Of a stretch of DNA of 37,977 nucleotides, positions 33,888 through 37,977 are shown piece after piece. This DNA is from a virus (Duplodnaviria > Caudoviricetes). The stretch spans positions 1-37,977 of IMG/VR virus record IMGVR_UViG_3300037760_000162; one strand, given 5' to 3'. Each line of letters opens with the position of its first letter. Position 1 is the stretch's first letter. Both the position numbers and the translations under genes were made by a program. A model generated the notes under the pieces. The model was not told the origin of the DNA and did not search any database. It saw only the letters and a list, made by a program, of their open reading frames with translations.

Positions 33888-34421
33888 ATGAACGTCAAAC
33901 TCGAACTCTACGGCACGGGCCTGGCTGCTGGCCAGGCCACTGAAACGGTGCTCAGCACTGGAACTTACGCCTCGATCACGGAAGCCCACCAGGCCGCGAT
34001 TCACGGGATCCGCCTCTGGCGTGTCCCCGTCCGCTGGAGGATCCGCGATTTCGACTCCGGGAGGATTCTCGGCGAGGGCGATCCCGCGCCGGTTGTCCCG
34101 TCGGCCCTGGAGCACTTCGTTGTGATCCAGGATGAGATCGCCGACGTCCTGAACCGGTTGGCGTCCCTTTGCGACGATCACTTCGGGGTCGTCCCCGATG
34201 ACGTCACTTGGGCTGACGTCGGGTCACTGAACCGGTACAAGTGCGACATCGAGGCGATCGTGGGCAATCTCCGGATGGACATGCTGGCCAAGGCCCACGA
34301 GAGTGCCAAGCACGCGAAGGCTAGCCGGCGCGAGGCCTGGGCGCCGGAGGTGGACAGCGTCCCGATCCCCGACGACTTCCCGGAAGTATCGGCCCCCGAT
34401 CCGGACCGGGAGCGGATCTAA
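33888..34421 (+). CDS. Hypothetical protein
   Basis: 177 aa; contains 'L.RL..L.DDHFG..PD.V.W.DVG.L'; followed by a terminator. Confidence 0.7.
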   Translation: MNVKLELYGTGLAAGQATETVLSTGTYASITEAHQAAIHGIRLWRVPVRWRIRDFDSGRILGEGDPAPVVPSALEHFVVIQDEIADVLNRLASLCDDHFGVVPDDVTWADVGSLNRYKCDIEAIVGNLRMDMLAKAHESAKHAKASRREAWAPEVDSVPIPDDFPEVSAPDPDRERI

Positions 34422-34438
34422 TCACCCCATCTCTTCGC

Positions 34439-34468
34439 GCCCGATCCCTTGCAGGGGGTCGGGCTTTT
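34439..34468 (+). terminator. Intrinsic terminator (copy 1)
   Basis: GCCCGATCCCT-TGCA-GGGGGTCGGGC-TTTT. Confidence 0.8.
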
Positions 34469-34530
34469 CTGCGTCAAGGGCTCGAAAGGGGATTTTCGCC
34501 CCAGCTTTTCCCCTTTTCGGCTCGCGTGAA

Positions 34531-34575
34531 AAAGATGCATCTTTCCCTTGTGTAATCGTGGTTCCGTGTTACCGT
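34531..34575 (+). promoter_or_regulatory. Promoter with palindromic operator
   Basis: Perfect palindrome AAAGATGCATCTTT, then TTGTGT-N16-TACCGT-N5-ATG. Confidence 0.55.
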
Positions 34576-34580
34576 GTCTC

Positions 34581-34799
34581 ATGTTCGCACCAAAAAACAT
34601 CGCCACCGGCTTCGAGCCCGCGCAAGCCGCCAAGATCGCGGCTGCCTGGAACGCAGAACTTGAGGACGACGACTGGAAAGCGGTCGTTCGTTCCGCTGAA
34701 GGCGCCCGCTTCGTGCGGGTTGAGATCGTGGAAAAAGACGGCGGCGACCACGTCGCATGGATCGATTGCGAAACTGGTGCCATGGCGCTCAACTCCTAG
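34581..34799 (+). CDS. Hypothetical protein (monocistronic cassette)
   Basis: 72 aa from ATG 34581, flanked by its own promoter and terminator. Confidence 0.7.
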   Translation: MFAPKNIATGFEPAQAAKIAAAWNAELEDDDWKAVVRSAEGARFVRVEIVEKDGGDHVAWIDCETGAMALNS

Positions 34800-35026
34800 C
34801 GCTCGTCCACCTTCCAGCCCGATCCCTCACTGGGGGTCGGGCTTTTTTTGGGGTAGTCCTCAAGCACAACGATTCCCGTGTCCGTGTCGCTCAGCCGGTC
34901 CAGATGCTGACGACAGCGCCGCTGATATTCGTTGGCGAGGCAGGTGCAGCCACCCGGAACATGGACCAAGGCGGCAGCCGGGCTTGAGCAGAGGTCACAC
35001 GTTGGATGTAGGGATTTGCGATTCAT
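34796..35026 (-). CDS. Small Cys-rich hypothetical protein
   Basis: MNRKSLHPTCDLC...GCTC...RC..H; converges on the plus-strand island. Confidence 0.45.
   Translation of the reverse strand: MNRKSLHPTCDLCSSPAAALVHVPGGCTCLANEYQRRCRQHLDRLSDTDTGIVVLEDYPKKSPTPSEGSGWKVDER
34817..34849 (+). terminator. Intrinsic terminator (copy 2)
   Basis: GCCCGATCCCT-CACT-GGGGGTCGGGC-T7; the stem is identical to copy 1. Confidence 0.85.
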
Positions 35027-35861
35027 CTTGCGTGGCGTTCTCGCCGTGCCGCTCCGGCACGACGCTATACTCCCTTCGGCCCGTCCGAACATACAGGTTG
35101 GCGATCGTCTCCACCCACTTGGCGGTGGCGAGCATCAGCCGGTGCACCCCGTCGCTTTCACGGCCCACCCTCATCGCGGCAGCGGCCAGGTCCCAGCCGA
35201 CCTCGTGAAGGGCAGCGTTCTCCTTGATGAGGAAGTCCTCGGCCGTGACGTTGGCCACGGTGCCCGCGGTGTCAGCCGGTGTCTCCGCCTCCCGTGACCG
35301 CGCTGCAGCGAGTTCCTGGATCAGGACGTTGTTCTCGCCCTCGAGGTTCGCCGCTGTTCGCGCCAGGCGGTCGATGTGATTCCCTCGCTCCTCCCACTCC
35401 TCGTGCAGTGCCCGGATGCGGTTTGGGATGAGAGAAATCGCGTGCCGCTCGGGATCAAGCCCGGCCGCATCCTCGAAATCGATCACGACCCCCTGAATTC
35501 GTGCGATGATATCCTCCAATTTCATGGCGCGATCCTCGGCCTTCTTGAGGTTCTTCTGAATCCCATGGCATTCGGAGATGGCCGCTTTGTAGTTCTTCTC
35601 GGCGTCCCTCAGCTTGACCGCCAGCTCCTTGACCGGGTAGTGATATCCACCGATCTCAACTATCACATTCTCCCCTTTCACAGCCCCCTCGAGACGCTTG
35701 ACTTCTTTCTCCGCCCTGATCCGCGCCTCGCGTTCTTCCTGCGCCTCTGCCTTGAGGTTCATGATGTGTACCCGGAGATCCGTGGTTGCGTTTTCAAAGG
35801 CGATACGTTCCGCCTCCTGTTTGATTTCTTGTTCTCTGCTCATATTTTGTGAATCGATCAT
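34995..35861 (-). CDS. Coiled-coil hypothetical protein
   Basis: 288 aa, heptad-rich; ATGA overlap with the upstream gene. Confidence 0.7.
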   Translation of the reverse strand: MIDSQNMSREQEIKQEAERIAFENATTDLRVHIMNLKAEAQEEREARIRAEKEVKRLEGAVKGENVIVEIGGYHYPVKELAVKLRDAEKNYKAAISECHGIQKNLKKAEDRAMKLEDIIARIQGVVIDFEDAAGLDPERHAISLIPNRIRALHEEWEERGNHIDRLARTAANLEGENNVLIQELAAARSREAETPADTAGTVANVTAEDFLIKENAALHEVGWDLAAAAMRVGRESDGVHRLMLATAKWVETIANLYVRTGRREYSVVPERHGENATQDESQIPTSNV

Positions 35862-36136
35862 GCCATACCCAGCCTTTCTCTAATGTTTTCCAACCAACGC
35901 AGATTGGACATCGTTGGTTGGCTCACGCTGATAATCGGCCCCGACATGAAGGCACCCTCGCATGTAATCCCTTCCCGGCTTAGCCGCGCGCAAATGCAAC
36001 TTGGGCAAAGAAGGCCACCACCGTCTCCCGTGGGCGAAATTCTCCGCCATGCCTCGTTGGGAATGATAAAATCGGGAAAGCCGGGATCGGCATAGGGTCG
36101 TCCACAGTCTGCACATTTTGCCTTCTCTGTTCTCAT
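35858..36136 (-). CDS. Small Zn-finger protein
   Basis: Start at ATG 36136; 'CADCG...W..I.P...GG.LC..C'. Confidence 0.7.
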   Translation of the reverse strand: MRTEKAKCADCGRPYADPGFPDFIIPNEAWRRISPTGDGGGLLCPSCICARLSREGITCEGAFMSGPIISVSQPTMSNLRWLENIRERLGMA

Positions 36137-37977
36137 GTTTTCAGTCCCTCCAAAACGGCCTTGGCCAGGAGCTTTCCGCGGGTGTCGTCCCGCGTGATCG
36201 CCGCCGATCCGGTGAACAGGTCCCTGGCCCCGTTGTCCCCGGGGTCCCTGATCCCCTTGGCCTGCTCGCCCTTGAGGTTGAGGATGCTGGCCAGGAGCGG
36301 ATCCGATCCGCCCTGCGCGACCAGGTAGCAGAGCGTAACGATGTCGTCTTGCCCGTCCCGGTTGAGCCGCCCGGCCAATTGGTTGTGCACCTCCGGTGAC
36401 CAGTCCAGCTCGCCCACGACGCAGATGCTCGCGACCTTCTGCAACCCGTCCAGACCGGCTCCGCTTCGGAGCGAAATGATGAAGACATCCGCAGCGCCGC
36501 TGGTGAATGCGTCCACCGCCACCTGTTTGGCTGCGGGGCTTTCCGTTCCCGTGTAGAAGACGGCTCGCTTGCCGAGGATGTTGTACCAGATCGCGTAAAC
36601 CTCGCGGTGCCATCCCGCCAGAACTACCTTCTCCCCGCTGTCAGCCAGGCGCTTGACGAAGTCGGCGACGTATGGCGCCTTCGCAATGCCGGTCACTTGC
36701 CGCATCTTCAGGTCGAGTTGCCGGATCGCTTGGCCGGCCTCGTTGAAGGCTCCGCCGAGGGCCAGCTTGGCGAGGCGGACCGACTCCTCCTTGATCGCCT
36801 CCAGGCGCTTCGCATCGTAAGGCACGGCCTCGACAATGATGTTCAGCGCCGGTAACTCGCGCCCGACGTCGCGCCGGCGGCGCCGCAGGATCAGTTGCCG
36901 GTCCACCAGGCTCTGGCCCAGCGCCGACGGGTCGCTCACGATCCGATTCCGGCCGTAGCTCGAACACCAATCCTGGAAGAACTCGCTCGCGGTCCCCAGG
37001 CAGCCGGGGTTGAGGACGTCCAGGATCCGGAAGATCTCGTCGCCGTAATTGTAGGTTGGGGTGGCCGTATTATGCACCAACAATCCGTTAGCAACGAATG
37101 ACGGGTGCCCTTCCATCTCGAGGTCATAGACATATTCCGGGGCCTCGATTACATCCGACGAGGTAAAGCGCGCCTCGTTGAAGCCTCTGCCCGGATAGCG
37201 GGGGCAATGGCCGCGCTTCCTATTCCCAGTGTCGTTCGTGTCTCCATCGAGCTGGGCTGTCGACCAATGGACGCTGTAACGAACCCGGCTGCCAACAATT
37301 TGTCGGCCACACACAATTCCCCCAAGAGCTGGCTTCGCGACGTGGATGCCAGAGCGGACGCCAAGGCTACGCAGAAGTGAAATCAAGGACTCGGCCAACG
37401 GCTTCGACGTTGTCACGTAGTATGTCCGGCTTTTGTTTCCGCGGATCGCGATATGCCCATCCGAATCTACCATCCCTTTGATGAGTTGGCGCCGAGCCTC
37501 TTCTGGCCAGCTAACTATCCATGCCCCTGGAATCACTTTCTCGTGGCAGAGCGCGCCATTGAGCACATGCTTTATGATGAGCGCTAGCACCCTGTGAGAG
37601 CACCGGACCTCATGACTCGCCCCGGTCCTTTTGTGGAGCTTCGGGCGAAGTCCCAAGTTCATGGCATGAAGGGACCGGACGATTTCCGGAACCAACTTGT
37701 CCTCTACGGCAAAGCAAAGCCTCTGATCTGAGCATATCCATCCATCACCAAGATAAAAGCCAAGCACATAGGCCCACTGGCTAAGCAACACGGATGACGG
37801 CACCGCGGGAGCCTTTCCCCGCCCGACATAGACATTACCCGCAAAAGCAAACTTCTCGCGGTGCTTTAGATACAAGGAGACCGGAATCCTTGTGCCGTAC
37901 GTCGCTTCCCTGTGGTAGTTCTGCCACTGCCAGGCAGTAAGGCCGAAGTCGTGCCGCGTGAAACCGGAAAGGTCGAC
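36133..37977 (-). CDS. SNF2/SF2 helicase containing an intein (5' end outside the window)
   Basis: Open to the window edge; motif III 'TATP..NYG.E' right after the intein; 'KVVL.GWHR', 'YTG.ES..K', 'ISLRSG.GLDGLQ', 'ELDWSP..H.Q..GR..RDGQ'. Confidence 0.92.
   Translation of the reverse strand, partial: VDLSGFTRHDFGLTAWQWQNYHREATYGTRIPVSLYLKHREKFAFAGNVYVGRGKAPAVPSSVLLSQWAYVLGFYLGDGWICSDQRLCFAVEDKLVPEIVRSLHAMNLGLRPKLHKRTGASHEVRCSHRVLALIIKHVLNGALCHEKVIPGAWIVSWPEEARRQLIKGMVDSDGHIAIRGNKSRTYYVTTSKPLAESLISLLRSLGVRSGIHVAKPALGGIVCGRQIVGSRVRYSVHWSTAQLDGDTNDTGNRKRGHCPRYPGRGFNEARFTSSDVIEAPEYVYDLEMEGHPSFVANGLLVHNTATPTYNYGDEIFRILDVLNPGCLGTASEFFQDWCSSYGRNRIVSDPSALGQSLVDRQLILRRRRRDVGRELPALNIIVEAVPYDAKRLEAIKEESVRLAKLALGGAFNEAGQAIRQLDLKMRQVTGIAKAPYVADFVKRLADSGEKVVLAGWHREVYAIWYNILGKRAVFYTGTESPAAKQVAVDAFTSGAADVFIISLRSGAGLDGLQKVASICVVGELDWSPEVHNQLAGRLNRDGQDDIVTLCYLVAQGGSDPLLASILNLKGEQAKGIRDPGDNGARDLFTGSAAITRDDTRGKLLAKAVLEGLKT
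37069..37977 (-). mobile_element. Intein with LAGLIDADG homing endonuclease (N-terminus outside the window)
   Basis: 'LGFYLGDG' and 'LIKGMVDSDG' motifs; block F/G 'VYDLEMEGHPSFVANGLLVHN' before a +1 Thr. Confidence 0.92.

Noticed and set aside
35858-36613. 251-aa version of the Zn-finger ORF (likewise the extended starts at 5969, 8193, 21135, 32206 and 32630)
   Set aside because: The extensions overlap upstream genes in another frame; internal ATGs give normal operon packing.
1-37977. tRNA, rRNA, integrase, repressor or endolysin genes
   Set aside because: None recognised by eye in this window, so lifestyle (temperate or lytic) cannot be determined.

Overview
A GC-rich segment of a tailed dsDNA (sipho-type) phage or prophage, coded mostly on the minus strand. 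Right to left it carries: an SNF2-type helicase interrupted by a LAGLIDADG intein (cut by the window edge); small accessory genes; a plus-strand island of small 'early' genes with repeated hairpins, promoters and terminators; SSB; two free-standing HNH endonucleases around a ~750-nt highly structured non-coding region; and a DUF4055-type portal with no large terminase in front of it. Next come a MuF/SPP1-gp7 head protein with an intein and a C-terminal kinase domain, about 11 accessory genes, scaffold, major capsid and decoration/neck genes. These are followed by four fibre/adhesin-like genes that all start with signal-peptide-like sequences, a holin, and the tail genes (completion, terminator, tube, chaperones, tape measure, tip). 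The most striking feature is the MuF intein (26292-27254). It has no recognisable endonuclease in its own frame, but the opposite strand of almost the whole intein encodes an HTH + Vsr/DUF559-like nuclease (26310-27209), so it looks like a dual-coding intein with an antisense homing endonuclease. All family calls come from motif recognition by eye; no database searches were run.
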